Assembly (NCBI GenBank): GCA_050506795.1
Contig: JBJHCF010000009.1
Span: 1 to 64,000, forward strand
Direction: 5' to 3'
DNA: 64,000 bases
Source of the DNA: Opitutia bacterium
Lineage (GTDB): Bacteria > Verrucomicrobiota > Verrucomicrobiia > Opitutales > T3Sed10-336
The notes below the pieces were generated by a model. That model did not search any database. It was given only the letters and a program-made list of their open reading frames with translations, and was not told where the DNA came from. A program made the translations under genes and the position numbers. Below, in pieces: positions 50,689 through 60,512 of the stretch (its first letter is position 1; every line of letters begins with the position of its first letter).

Positions 50689-52044
50689 ATGAGTAGCGAA
50701 ACAGAAACCATCGTCGCGCCTTCCACCCCCTACGGGGAGTCGGCGATTGCAGTGATACGCGCCAGCGGTCCGCTGACGCCCGCTTTGCTCCACGGGATTT
50801 TCAGCCGTCTTCCGGAGCCGCGACGGGTCACCCGCGGGGTCTACCGAGACCTGCAGGGTCGCGCTGTAGACGACCTTGTCTACTGCTATTTCCAAAAACC
50901 GGCGTCGTACACCGGGGAAGACGTCATGGAACTCTATTCCCATGGAAACCCGCTGATCGTTCAGAGGATCACCGACGACCTCCTGGCGCGCGGCTGCCAA
51001 TCCGCCGGCCCCGGTGAGTTCACCCGCCGCGCCTTTCTCAACGGCCGCATGGACCTCAGCCAGGCGGAAGCGGTGATCGATCTCATCCAGGCCGGATCGG
51101 AACGCGCGCTCGAAGCTGCCAACCGTCAGTTGCGCGGCGAACTGGGCCGAAGGATCCAGTCCCTGACCGACACGCTCCTGCAAATCCTTGCGGAAATCGA
51201 AGCCTACATCGATTTTCCCGAAGAGGATTTGCCGGACGAAAACGCCGGCGGCCCCGTCACACGTATCCGTACCCTTCTTACGAGCGTTAAAGAGCTTGCG
51301 GCCACCGCGCGCTACGGAACCCTCCTGCGCGAAGGCGTCGGAACCATCATCCTTGGCGCTCCAAACGCCGGCAAAAGCAGCCTGCTCAACCGCCTGGTCA
51401 AACGCGACCGGGCCATCGTGAGCGATCAGCCCGGCACCACCCGGGACTTCCTGGAGGAACGTCTCCACCTGGCAGGTTACTGTATCCGCCTTTTGGATAC
51501 GGCAGGTCTGCGCGACGAAGGCGATCCCATTGAACGCCTGGGCATGCAGAAAACCCTGGAACAGGCCGACGAAGCCGACCTGTTCCTCCTGGTGCTCGAC
51601 GCCACCCTCCCCCACCCTCCCCTGCCCGAATCCCTTCGGGCGCGCCTGACTCCAGGTAACACCCTGGTGATCCACAATAAAGTTGACCTCCTGGGTAAAG
51701 GCCAACCTGCCCCTTTTCTCCCGGAGTGCCGCCAGGTGGCCCTCTCGGCGCTAACCGGTGACGGACTGGACTCCCTGGAAACGGCTCTCGAATCTCTGCT
51801 AAGAAAAGAAGCCGAATCCCCCGGCGCCGACCGGATCGCGGTCAGCGCCCGTCACGCCCAAGCATTGGAGCGCGTCCGCCTGGCATTGGAAACCGGACTG
51901 GCACACCTCCTCGACCACCAACCCCCCGAACTGGCCGCCAGCGAACTGCGCGCCGCCCTGGACGCCCTGGGTGAAATTGTCGGCCGCATCGATAACGAAG
52001 CCATGCTCGACAAACTCTTCGCCACGTTCTGCATCGGAAAATGA
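50689..52044 (+). CDS. mnmE: tRNA modification GTPase MnmE
   Basis: SYTGED, GEFTRRAFLNG, GAPNAGKSS, GTTRD, DTAG, FCIGK. Confidence 0.97.
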   Translation: MSSETETIVAPSTPYGESAIAVIRASGPLTPALLHGIFSRLPEPRRVTRGVYRDLQGRAVDDLVYCYFQKPASYTGEDVMELYSHGNPLIVQRITDDLLARGCQSAGPGEFTRRAFLNGRMDLSQAEAVIDLIQAGSERALEAANRQLRGELGRRIQSLTDTLLQILAEIEAYIDFPEEDLPDENAGGPVTRIRTLLTSVKELAATARYGTLLREGVGTIILGAPNAGKSSLLNRLVKRDRAIVSDQPGTTRDFLEERLHLAGYCIRLLDTAGLRDEGDPIERLGMQKTLEQADEADLFLLVLDATLPHPPLPESLRARLTPGNTLVIHNKVDLLGKGQPAPFLPECRQVALSALTGDGLDSLETALESLLRKEAESPGADRIAVSARHAQALERVRLALETGLAHLLDHQPPELAASELRAALDALGEIVGRIDNEAMLDKLFATFCIGK

Positions 52045-52112
52045 AAGCGCGAACGAACCGTAAGCCATTGTCCTCCAGGAGCCTGGCTTGCCGATCTCTT
52101 TAAAGGCAGGTA

Positions 52113-52254
52113 TCTCACACGGAGGCACGGAGCCACGGAGATTCCTTACAAACGGTGACACCCCTTCCTTGTTTATCGGCCCAGTTTCGTACACCTCTAT
52201 CATTCATCCCCTTTCATAAACGCCTCCCCCTTTGTGTCTTCGTGCCTTGTGAGA
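52113..52254. repeat. Intergenic inverted repeat with 8-nt periodic arms
   Basis: TCTCACACGGAGGCACGGAGCCACGGAG ... TTTGTGTCTTCGTGCCTTGTGAGA. Confidence 0.6.
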
Positions 52255-52428
52255 AAATCTCCTGTCACTTCCCTGAAACGGTTGTTTTCATATCCGGACC
52301 GTTTTGGAGTCTATGGGCGAAGCCCGACCGACTCCCGCTGCCTTACCTCTGCAAGTTTTCTCGCAAACGGGCTGAGAGCGGCTTAGGTTTGCGTCTTTTC
52401 AGCCTTTGAGTACCTGTTTCCTTTCAGA

Positions 52429-54297
52429 ATGCACGACTTTACCAGTAAACGTTACGATGTGATCGTCTGCGGCGCCGGCCATGCCGGCACCGAAGCCGCG
52501 CTGGCTGCGGCGCGTATGGGCGCGCAAACCCTGCTGTTGAGCGGAAATATCGACACTATCGGCCAAATGAGCTGCAATCCGGCTATCGGCGGACAGGCCA
52601 AAGGACACATGGTGCGGGAAATCGACGCACTGGGCGGAGAAATGGGCGTGAATGCCGACGTCACCGGCATCCAATACCGTAAGCTCAACGCCTCCAAAGG
52701 GCCGGCTGTGCAGGCGCCGCGCACCCAATGCGACAAAAAAGCCTACCAGTTCCGCCTGAAACATACGATAGAGCTCCAGGAGAACCTCACGCTGTTCCAA
52801 GCAACCGTGAACAGCCTGATCTTCGAAGGAGACCGTGTGGTCGGGTGCCGCACCAATCTTGACGTTGATTTTTACGGCCAAACCGTAGTGGTCACCACCG
52901 GAACATTCCTTCGGGGTCTCATGCACGTTGGAAAAAACAAGAATGAAGGCGGCAGAATGGGGGACTATAGCGCAAAAACGCTCTCCGCCAGCTTTCTGGA
53001 AGCCGGAATCGAGCTGGAACGGCTAAAAACGGGCACGCCGCCTAGACTGCTGGGACGCAGTATCGACTTTTCGGTCATGGCGGAACAGAAGGGGGATGAG
53101 GAGCCGAGTCTCTTCGGATTCTACGACACCCGCAACGGGGAAGATTTGTTCCACGTGGAACAATCCGAAGAACGCCGGCTGGGGTGGACTCCGGGCGAGA
53201 AGCAGGTTTCCTGCTTTATCACCTACACCACGGAGGAAACCGAGAGAATCGTTCGCGAAAACCTCCACCTGTCCCCAATGTACAGCGGACAGATCGAAGG
53301 CACCGGCCCTAGATATTGTCCGAGCATTGAAGACAAGTTCGTTCGGTTCCCTGACAAACCCAATCACCGTTTTTTCCTGGAGCCGGAAGGGCGCAATACG
53401 AATGAGTATTACATCAATGGCTGTTCCACCAGCCTGCCGTTGGATGTGCAGATCGCGATGATCCACAGTGTGCCCGGTCTGGAGAAAGCCGTTATTCTCC
53501 GCCCGGCCTATGCCGTGGAGTACGATTTCGCCCCGCCTACGCAGTTAAAGCCGTCCCTGGAGTCTAAAAAGGTGGAAAACCTCTTTTTTGCGGGACAAAT
53601 CAACGGAACCTCCGGATACGAGGAGGCCGCGGCGCAGGGTCTGGTGGCCGGGTTAAACGCGGTGCGCAAGGGCAGGGGAGAGGAGCCCATGGTTCTCGGA
53701 CGGCACGAGGGCTATATCGGCGTGTTGATCGACGATCTGGTCACCAAGGGAACCTCCGAACCCTACCGGATGTTCACTAGCCGGGCGGAGTACCGCCTAC
53801 TTTTCAATCACGGCAGCGCGGAGCTGCGGCTTCGTCACCACGCCCGGCAGCACGGCCTTTTATCCCCAGCTCGCCTGGATCGAATCGAAGCCAAGGCCAA
53901 AGCGATTGAGACCTGGATCCAGCGATTGGAGTCGGAAAGGGCAGGGGAAGGGACCTTTGCCGAACGCGCGCGCCGCCGGGAATCAAACATTCCCTTCCCG
54001 GCGGATTTTCAATCGCTTCCCGCCGCGGTTCAGGAAGAGGTGCTCTACCGGGTCGTATATCGTGGGTACCTCGAACGCGAATTGAAGCAGATTGAAAAGC
54101 TTTCCCAGGTAGAAAACGTGCGCCTCCCGGAAACCATTAACTTTCTCACTATTAATGGCTTACGAAATGAAAGCGCCCACAAACTCGACGCCATTCGTCC
54201 CCGAACCCTCGGCCAGGCCAGCCGCATCAGCGGCGTCAATCCCGCCGACATCAACATCCTGATGGTTTATCTCGCGGGCAAACGGAAGAAGAGCTGA
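52429..54297 (+). CDS. mnmG: tRNA uridine 5-carboxymethylaminomethyl modification enzyme MnmG
   Basis: [45 protein letters not shown]. Confidence 0.97.
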   Translation: MHDFTSKRYDVIVCGAGHAGTEAALAAARMGAQTLLLSGNIDTIGQMSCNPAIGGQAKGHMVREIDALGGEMGVNADVTGIQYRKLNASKGPAVQAPRTQCDKKAYQFRLKHTIELQENLTLFQATVNSLIFEGDRVVGCRTNLDVDFYGQTVVVTTGTFLRGLMHVGKNKNEGGRMGDYSAKTLSASFLEAGIELERLKTGTPPRLLGRSIDFSVMAEQKGDEEPSLFGFYDTRNGEDLFHVEQSEERRLGWTPGEKQVSCFITYTTEETERIVRENLHLSPMYSGQIEGTGPRYCPSIEDKFVRFPDKPNHRFFLEPEGRNTNEYYINGCSTSLPLDVQIAMIHSVPGLEKAVILRPAYAVEYDFAPPTQLKPSLESKKVENLFFAGQINGTSGYEEAAAQGLVAGLNAVRKGRGEEPMVLGRHEGYIGVLIDDLVTKGTSEPYRMFTSRAEYRLLFNHGSAELRLRHHARQHGLLSPARLDRIEAKAKAIETWIQRLESERAGEGTFAERARRRESNIPFPADFQSLPAAVQEEVLYRVVYRGYLERELKQIEKLSQVENVRLPETINFLTINGLRNESAHKLDAIRPRTLGQASRISGVNPADINILMVYLAGKRKKS

Positions 54298-54390
54298 ATT
54301 CGTGTTCTCGGACCGTTGAATTCACGCCAGCGCGGCGCAGCTGCAACCAGGCTTCCCTGACCACAGCTCATGATCGACTGCGGAAATCGG

Positions 54391-54568
54391 TCTGCACCGC
54401 AGAGACGGGAAGGGCGCAGAGGATCGGAATCGAGACCGATGAATTGCCAGTATCGGCTGTTTCAACCTCAATGGCAGCTCAAGCGGTCGATCTCACTCAT
54501 GCTCTGAATGGAGATTTGATCGAGTCCACAGTCTTACCTCTGCGCTCTTCCATTCTCTGCGGTGCAGA
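54391..54568. repeat. Long-range intergenic inverted repeat
   Basis: TCTGCACCGCAGAG...GCGCAGAGG (54391-54422) pairs with CCTCTGCGC...CTCTGCGGTGCAGA (54537-54568). Confidence 0.7.
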
Positions 54569-54825
54569 TACTATTCCTTTCAGCAGTAACTTGATCGTAA
54601 CAGTTGCCTCGTTCCCGTATCGGCAAAAATAAGCGTCATACTAGGCCGAAAATTTTGCTCAAAAAACAGAAATTTGCGGTTTGTAGTACAGATGCCAAAG
54701 TGGATCGACCGGGAGCGATTCTTCGAATGCGCGGAATGTACCGCAGAACCCGGAGTCTGTCCGGCTTGGCAGACGGACAGTTGATCGTTCTATTTTGGTG
54801 TGAGGTTAACGAATCATCCAAGTTA

Positions 54826-54932
54826 GCGGAATTTGGTCTCACACGGAGGCACAGAGACACGGAGAGTTTGACCGGACCCGCCTCCGTGAGCTCTCTCCGG
54901 CCTGAGCTCGTCGAGGGCGTGCCTCCGTGTGA
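54826..54932 (-). repeat. Third, inverted copy of the MITE internal palindrome
   Basis: Near-exact reverse complement of about 28455-28562. Confidence 0.75.
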
Positions 54933-54964
54933 TCATTTCCTCTCCCGGTCTTGTTATGGGTTCG

Positions 54965-55375
54965 TTACCTCCAGTCTTCCAGTCTCAGTCCTGGGAAGTC
55001 CTGGAAGTGCCGGACATTCAAAGTGGCGAGAACTAGCCCGTGGTGAAGGGCCGTGGCGGCGATCAGCAGGTCGAAATCCGCCCGGGGGAGTCCCGCGGCT
55101 TCCTGTTCGGCTTTAAGCCGGGCAAAGACGGCGGCAACCCCTTTGTCCACGGCCAGTACCGTGAGACGATCCTCCAGATAGTCGCGGTACTCCCGCCAGA
55201 GACGGTCTGATTGTTTTTTCTCCAGACCGTAAAGCAGTTCGGCTTCCGCTATGGCGGGGATTGCCAGAGCCGAATCGCCCAGTTCCCGCCAACGCCGAAT
55301 CACCACTGGCAGCGGGTGAGGGCGCAGCCGCTGGGAGTAGACGCTGGTATCAAGCAGGTGAGTGATGGTTGCCAT
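54965..55375 (-). CDS. vapC: VapC PIN-domain toxin
   Basis: LLDTS, EAELLYG, DLLIAATA, TLNVRHF. Confidence 0.9.
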   Translation of the reverse strand: MATITHLLDTSVYSQRLRPHPLPVVIRRWRELGDSALAIPAIAEAELLYGLEKKQSDRLWREYRDYLEDRLTVLAVDKGVAAVFARLKAEQEAAGLPRADFDLLIAATALHHGLVLATLNVRHFQDFPGLRLEDWR

Positions 55376-55624
55376 TTAGAACGGGGTGGGGCGGTTGCGG
55401 GCGGGATTCCTGGCCGGCAGCTCCAGCTCTTCCGTAATCGGCCCGTAACGGGCCTGGGCCTCCTCCACCGTATCCCAGACCGACCCGGAGGACTCGTCCA
55501 CCGGCACTATTCTCACCAGGGGCTTTCCCCTCCGCGTAACCGTGCACGGCTCACCGCTCCGGGCCACCTGGTCGCAAATCTCGGACAGACGATTCTTGGC
55601 ATCAAACAGACCAAAGGACTTCAC
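55376..55624 (-). CDS. Phd/YefM-family antitoxin
   Basis: GTG start; FDAKNRLSEI, VTRRGKPLVRIVP; abuts vapC. Confidence 0.88.
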   Translation of the reverse strand: MKSFGLFDAKNRLSEICDQVARSGEPCTVTRRGKPLVRIVPVDESSGSVWDTVEEAQARYGPITEELELPARNPARNRPTPF

Positions 55625-55659
55625 AAAAGACAATCTAGCTGTCTGGCTGTTTTTGTCAA
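55625..55659 (-). promoter_or_regulatory. Sigma70-type promoter/operator of TA module 1
   Basis: TTGACA-N16-TAGATT-N7-GTG; AGACA...TGTCT palindrome over the -10. Confidence 0.6.
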
Positions 55660-55761
55660 TCCTGAGTGTGGACGATTCGTTATCGGAAGCAGGGTAGCGA
55701 ATGGCACGGTTAGGGCGGTGGATCGAAGGCGCATAGCTAAATCGCATCGGCCGTTCCCCTG

Positions 55762-57637
55762 ATAGGGGTAGGGACGACGCATTGGTTTGCGTCGCCCCTC
55801 CCTCCGAACCGGACTGGCGGATCTCTCGCATCCGGCTCTCCAGTCAGCGCATTTTGCTCCGTTATGGAGACTGGAACTCCTTCACACGGGCTTCTTCCAG
55901 GCAGAAGAGCCCGAGCTCTGCAAAGTAGCGGTTGGGCCAACGTTGATGATCCACGCCTCGGGCTCTCCCACGAAGCTTCTTTCGCTTGCGCAGGATCGCT
56001 CGCAGACGTCCTCGCACCCAGCCATCCATCTCTCCAAGGGCTGCCGGTTCGGCTTGTTTGAAGTAGCCATACCAGCCTTTCAGGCTCGGATTGATTTTCT
56101 GAATGATTGCGTTCATGCACTCTCCGTTGGTCCGTTTGGTCAGGGGCTTGAGACGGGCTTTGAGCCTCTGGCGGCTTTTCGGCCGGATGTAGCGCGCGAT
56201 GCGGCCGCGTTTGTTTCGCCAAAACCGGTAGCCGAGGAAGTCGAAGTGACTCCCCGATTCGGTCAGCGCCACAACCCGCGTCTTTTGCGGGTGCAACTGC
56301 AATCCCGCCTCTCTCATCCAGCTTTCAACTTCAGCCAGCGCTCGTTGCGCCGTCTCCGCGTCGCGGCACAGGACGACCATGTCGTCGGCATACCGCACCA
56401 TTTCGTAGCCCTTTTCCTTCAGCAGATGATCCAGAGGATTGAGGTAAATGTTCGCCAAGAGCGGGCTGATGATTCCGCCTTGCGGCGTGCCTTCCTCCCT
56501 TTCGGCCTCCACTTCCATTCCCTCCATCACGCCTGCTTTCAGGAATCCTTCGATCATTCCCAGCACACGCCTGTCGGCGATGCGTCCCCCGACCAGCTTC
56601 ATCAGCCGGTCGTGGGGAATGGCGTCGAAGTAACCTTTGATGCCGATGTCCACGACGTGCGAATAGCCGCTTTTGAGCAGCGTGTCCACCTGCCGCAGAG
56701 CATCTTTGCATCCGCGTCCGGGACGGAATCCGTAACTAGCGGGAGAAAACTCGCTCTCGAAGATCGGTTCGATGACCATCCTCAAGGCGGTTTGCACCAC
56801 CCGGTCGCGCACCGTCGGGATTCCCAACGGACGTTTCTCCGGGCTGCCCGGTTTTGGAATCCAAACCCGTTTGATCGACTGGGGTTGGTAGGCGTTTCGT
56901 TCGATTTGCTCTTTCACGGCGAGCAACCGAGTTTGGCTGTCTTTTGCGAAACGTTTTACCGTAATGCCGTCCACGCCACAAGCCCCTGCGTTGGAATGCA
57001 CCTTTGCCCAAGCCAATTCAAGGGTCGTCGCCTTTGAGACTTTGTCGATAAGGCTGAACCACTTGTTTCCTTTGACCCCCTTGTCGAGGGCTTCCAGCAT
57101 CTTCTCGCTCCATATCCGGCGTTCGGCCTTATGGCGTTCCCACAAGTCCTCTTCTCCTTGTTTATCCGTTTCCGAAACTGACGGAGATTTTCCTTCGCTT
57201 TCCATGGTCATGGAAGATTCGCCTTCCTGCCGTCCTTGGCTCCACCGGCGTTACCCGGCTTCATCACTACTATGACGGCTCTGACTTCTGACGGCGTTCG
57301 CTTCCCGAACTCCTGATTCCGCCAGATCTCCATACGTCCACATGATACCTTCCCCGCGTTCTCACACCAACCACCCGCCGACGCCCATGACTGCATCCTT
57401 GGCGTCGGTCCTGACGCGTCATGGTCGCTCCTTCCGGAGCAGGCTTCGCCAATCCCTCGCAGGCTCGCCGCTTCAGTAGGCCAAATCGTGTTCACTCTCG
57501 TTTGGGACCGCAGGTCCGCTTCCGGCTGCTCCCCACCCCGCCTCACGGCGACGCAGTTGCCTTCAGCTGATCTTCCCCTTGACGCTTCGGAAGATTTTGG
57601 ACTTTCACCATTCGATTTCATGTATGTGTATTCGCAC
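55762..57637 (-). mobile_element. Complete group II intron (1876 nt)
   Basis: 5' GTGCG at 57637; D5 GAGCCGGATGCG...GTCCGGTTC (55806-55838); D6 ending CCCTACCCCTAT; internal RT ORF. Confidence 0.92.
55862..57211 (-). CDS. ltrA: Group II intron reverse transcriptase/maturase (no endonuclease domain)
   Basis: RPLGIPTVRDRVVQ, SYGFRP, GTPQGGIISPLLANIYL, RYADD, FDFLG, domain X GWYGYF. Confidence 0.95.
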   Translation of the reverse strand: MTMESEGKSPSVSETDKQGEEDLWERHKAERRIWSEKMLEALDKGVKGNKWFSLIDKVSKATTLELAWAKVHSNAGACGVDGITVKRFAKDSQTRLLAVKEQIERNAYQPQSIKRVWIPKPGSPEKRPLGIPTVRDRVVQTALRMVIEPIFESEFSPASYGFRPGRGCKDALRQVDTLLKSGYSHVVDIGIKGYFDAIPHDRLMKLVGGRIADRRVLGMIEGFLKAGVMEGMEVEAEREEGTPQGGIISPLLANIYLNPLDHLLKEKGYEMVRYADDMVVLCRDAETAQRALAEVESWMREAGLQLHPQKTRVVALTESGSHFDFLGYRFWRNKRGRIARYIRPKSRQRLKARLKPLTKRTNGECMNAIIQKINPSLKGWYGYFKQAEPAALGEMDGWVRGRLRAILRKRKKLRGRARGVDHQRWPNRYFAELGLFCLEEARVKEFQSP

Positions 57638-57716
57638 GAGGGCGGCGCTCCCGCGCCGCCGGTGCGGGCAGGATGCCCGCGCTCCCAACCCGGCGGCGCG
57701 GGAGCATGGCCCTCCA
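57638..57716. repeat. REP-like palindrome forming the intron 5' exon
   Basis: Long hairpin; same family as 42631-42713. Confidence 0.85.
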
Positions 57717-57864
57717 GGCGAATTGCCGATGCGATATTTGCGAGCATTGATCGGCATGTCTTACCGAAGATTCTCAAATCCAAAATCTGCGATCTGAAAA
57801 GCGTTTTCAATCCGAAGGCAGGTTTCCTCTGGATTCCGGCGGTGTTGTGTGATACTGCAGGACA

Positions 57865-59445
57865 ATGCGTTATATCCTGGGCCTCGACCTCTCCACTCAA
57901 AGTTTCTCTTCGGTGCTTATCGATCCCGACGACAACCGGGTTGTCGATACGGAATCGGTGAATTTCGGCAAGGACCTCGCCCACTACCGCTCGCCGAACG
58001 GTTTTCTGCCGGAGACGGAGGACGGTCAGGTCCACTCCGATCCGCGCATGTGGCTGGAAGCGCTCGATCTGTTGCTGAACCGGATCCAGGCGAAAGGGAT
58101 CGATTTGAGCCGGGTGGCCGCGGTTTCCGGCGCCGGGCAACAGCATGGCAGCGTCTATCTCGACGCCGGCTGGTTCGACCGTCTGGCCGCCTTGAAGGCC
58201 GACGAACCATTGGTGGATCAAATCGCTCCCGCGTTTTCCCGCGCGACGTCTCCGATCTGGATGGACAGCTCGACCGGCGCGGAGTGCGCGGAAATCGCCG
58301 CAAGTCTCGGCGGCGCGGCGGAAGTCTGCGCCCGAAGCGGGTCGGTGGCGATCGAGCGGTTCACCGGGCCCCAGATCCGGGCGTTCTGGAAGCGCGATCC
58401 CGACGGCTACCGGCGCACCGCCCGTATTCATTTGGTCAGTTCGTTTATCGCGAGCCTTCTCGCCGGCCGCGATGCGCCCATCGACCACGGCGATGGAGCG
58501 GGCATGAACCTGGCGAATATTCATACTTGGAGCTGGGACGACGACCTGGCGAAGGCGACCGCGCCGGACCTCATTGAAAAACTGCCACCGCTGAAACCTT
58601 CGGCGACCGTGGTCGGAACGGTCGCGCCGTATTTCCAGAAAAAATACGGCTTCTCTCCGGAGGCGCAGGTCGTGGCGTTCACCGGGGACAATCCCAGCAG
58701 CCTGATCGGCATGGGCGCCGGCACACCCGGCCGGGTGGTCATCAGTCTCGGCACCAGCGACACCCTGTTCGCCGCGATGGAGGAATGCCACACCGATCCG
58801 CAGGGGTTCGGTCATGTCTTCGGCAATCCAACCGGCGGCTACATGAGTCTGCTCTGCTTCCGCAACGGTTCGCTGGCGCGAGAGAAGGTGCGCGACCGCC
58901 TGGGCGCGAGCTGGGACGATTTCGATGTCGACGGTTTGAGCACCACGCCGCCCGGAAACAACAACAACCTGATGATTCCCTTTTACGGCGCGGAGGTCAC
59001 CCCGCGCGGCTCCCTGCCTGAGCCGGCGCTTTCGGGCACCGATGCCTTCGTCCGCTACGAAGACAAACCGGCCGTCGTGCGCGCTTGCCTGGAGGGACAG
59101 TTCCTCAACATGTGGCTGCACACTCGCTGGCTGGCGCAGGAGACCTCGTCGATTTCACTGACCGGCGGCGCGTCGCAAAACAACGGCATCGCCCGAATGG
59201 TGGCCGACATCTTCGGCGCCGAGGTCAACCGCCTGGCGGTGTCGGGCTCGGTGGCGCTCGGTGGCGCGCTGCGCGCGGGGCAAACGGCGCTCGGACTCGA
59301 CGGAGCCGCGCTGGAGCAGGCCTTCTGCCGGCCGGATCCGGGCTCGACCGTACGACCCGATGCGAAGGCCACGGAGGTCTATCGCCAACAGGCGGAGCGT
59401 TTTCGCGAACTACTCGAAAAATCACTGCGCCCGCCGGAGGCTTGA
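57865..59445 (+). CDS. xylB: Xylulokinase-like FGGY carbohydrate kinase
   Basis: LGLDLSTQS, SGAGQQHG, SPIWMDSST, ERFTGPQIR, TGDNP, SLGTSDT, TGGAS. Confidence 0.82.
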   Translation: MRYILGLDLSTQSFSSVLIDPDDNRVVDTESVNFGKDLAHYRSPNGFLPETEDGQVHSDPRMWLEALDLLLNRIQAKGIDLSRVAAVSGAGQQHGSVYLDAGWFDRLAALKADEPLVDQIAPAFSRATSPIWMDSSTGAECAEIAASLGGAAEVCARSGSVAIERFTGPQIRAFWKRDPDGYRRTARIHLVSSFIASLLAGRDAPIDHGDGAGMNLANIHTWSWDDDLAKATAPDLIEKLPPLKPSATVVGTVAPYFQKKYGFSPEAQVVAFTGDNPSSLIGMGAGTPGRVVISLGTSDTLFAAMEECHTDPQGFGHVFGNPTGGYMSLLCFRNGSLAREKVRDRLGASWDDFDVDGLSTTPPGNNNNLMIPFYGAEVTPRGSLPEPALSGTDAFVRYEDKPAVVRACLEGQFLNMWLHTRWLAQETSSISLTGGASQNNGIARMVADIFGAEVNRLAVSGSVALGGALRAGQTALGLDGAALEQAFCRPDPGSTVRPDAKATEVYRQQAERFRELLEKSLRPPEA

Positions 59446-59478
59446 CAAAACATTAAACCAGACCAGACTTGGTCTGGT
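59442..59478 (+). promoter_or_regulatory. Promoter/operator of TA module 2
   Basis: TTGACA-N16-CAGACT-N7-GTG; perfect inverted repeat ACCAGACCA-N4-TGGTCTGGT. Confidence 0.65.
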
Positions 59479-59752
59479 GAAGGTCGTTAATATCCAGAAC
59501 GCCAAAACCCACCTCTCCCGGTTGCTGGAGGACGTGGTTGCGGGAGAGGAGGTCGTGATTGCCAAAGCGGGCAAACCCATGGCTCGGCTTACGGCGTACG
59601 AAGAGACCCGCAAACCGCGGACCCTTGGGCTCTTGCGGGGAACGGTCACCGAAGCCCCCGACTGCTGGGAAGCGGATCCGGAAATCGAAGCGTGGTTTTA
59701 CGGCGCCGACGACCAATCGTCGCAGGATCGCGTCGCGGAAGACCGGAAATGA
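59477..59752 (+). CDS. Phd/YefM-family antitoxin
   Basis: VNIQNAKTHLSRLL..GEEVVIAKAGKPMARL. Confidence 0.9.
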   Translation: MKVVNIQNAKTHLSRLLEDVVAGEEVVIAKAGKPMARLTAYEETRKPRTLGLLRGTVTEAPDCWEADPEIEAWFYGADDQSSQDRVAEDRK

Positions 59753-60126
59753 ACCTCCTTCTCGATTCCCATGCCTTGCTTTGGGCTCTGCACAATCCCG
59801 GAGAAATGCGGTCCGCCGCCCGCCAGGCCTTGGAGAATCCGGAAAACCTGGTGTTTTTCAGCGCCGGGGCGGTGTGGGAGCTTGAGTTGAAAGCGGCCAA
59901 AGGAAAACTGGTGTTGCCGAAAGGATGGCTGGAGGCGGCGGGGGAGACCGGTTTTCGGGAGTTGCCGGTGACTGCGGAGGACGCCGCCGCCAGCGCCCGG
60001 CTGCCCTGGCATCACAACGATCCCTTCGATCGCCTTTTCATCGCCAAGGCCGCACGGCGAGGTTGGAGCCTGGCCACCCGCGACGCCTTCTCTCCCCGGT
60101 ACGCGGTCCGTATACTGCCGGTATAA
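59749..60126 (+). CDS. vapC: VapC PIN-domain toxin
   Basis: MNLLLDSHALLW, WE, HNDPFDR, TRD; ATGA overlap with the antitoxin. Confidence 0.9.
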   Translation: MNLLLDSHALLWALHNPGEMRSAARQALENPENLVFFSAGAVWELELKAAKGKLVLPKGWLEAAGETGFRELPVTAEDAAASARLPWHHNDPFDRLFIAKAARRGWSLATRDAFSPRYAVRILPV

Positions 60127-60364
60127 AATCCCACGCCTGTATGGCGGTTAAGAATATTGTCCGATGCCGCAGGCTCTGGTCTATCAGGGAATTTTTGACC
60201 ACAGATTTCTCAGATGACCACCGAATTAAAGGCGAAAATTCCGGGTCTTTGAAAGAATTCATTGGCTAACAATGACTGAAACGATTGGCTGAGAAAGGAC
60301 CCGGAAAAGCTTTCGCGTTTCAGCAGGGAGCCCTGCCTTTATCCAAAAAAAGTCCGTTTTGAAA

Positions 60365-60512
60365 ACCACTAATTGACGCTAATTCACACTAATCAAAACA
60401 AGAACCTGGCATAAAAGTGAGGCTTACCGTGGCTTCAACCTGGGCGAATGGAATCGATAGACGTGGTTTCAGGTAAAGCATTTATTAGTGCTGATTAGTG
60501 AATATTAGTGGT
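60365..60512. repeat. Inverted repeat with 10-nt periodic arms
   Basis: ACCACTAATTGACGCTAATTCACACTAAT ... ATTAGTGCTGATTAGTGAATATTAGTGGT. Confidence 0.7.

Noticed and set aside
55862..57211. Retron, DGR or defence-associated RT
   Set aside because: It has maturase domain X and clear group II intron RNA ends (GTGCG, D5, D6).
57208..59121. 637-aa minus-strand ORF (and other long antisense ORFs such as 8476-10026 and 5106-6383)
   Set aside because: These are shadow ORFs of high-GC genes; this one runs antisense to xylB and through the intron RNA.
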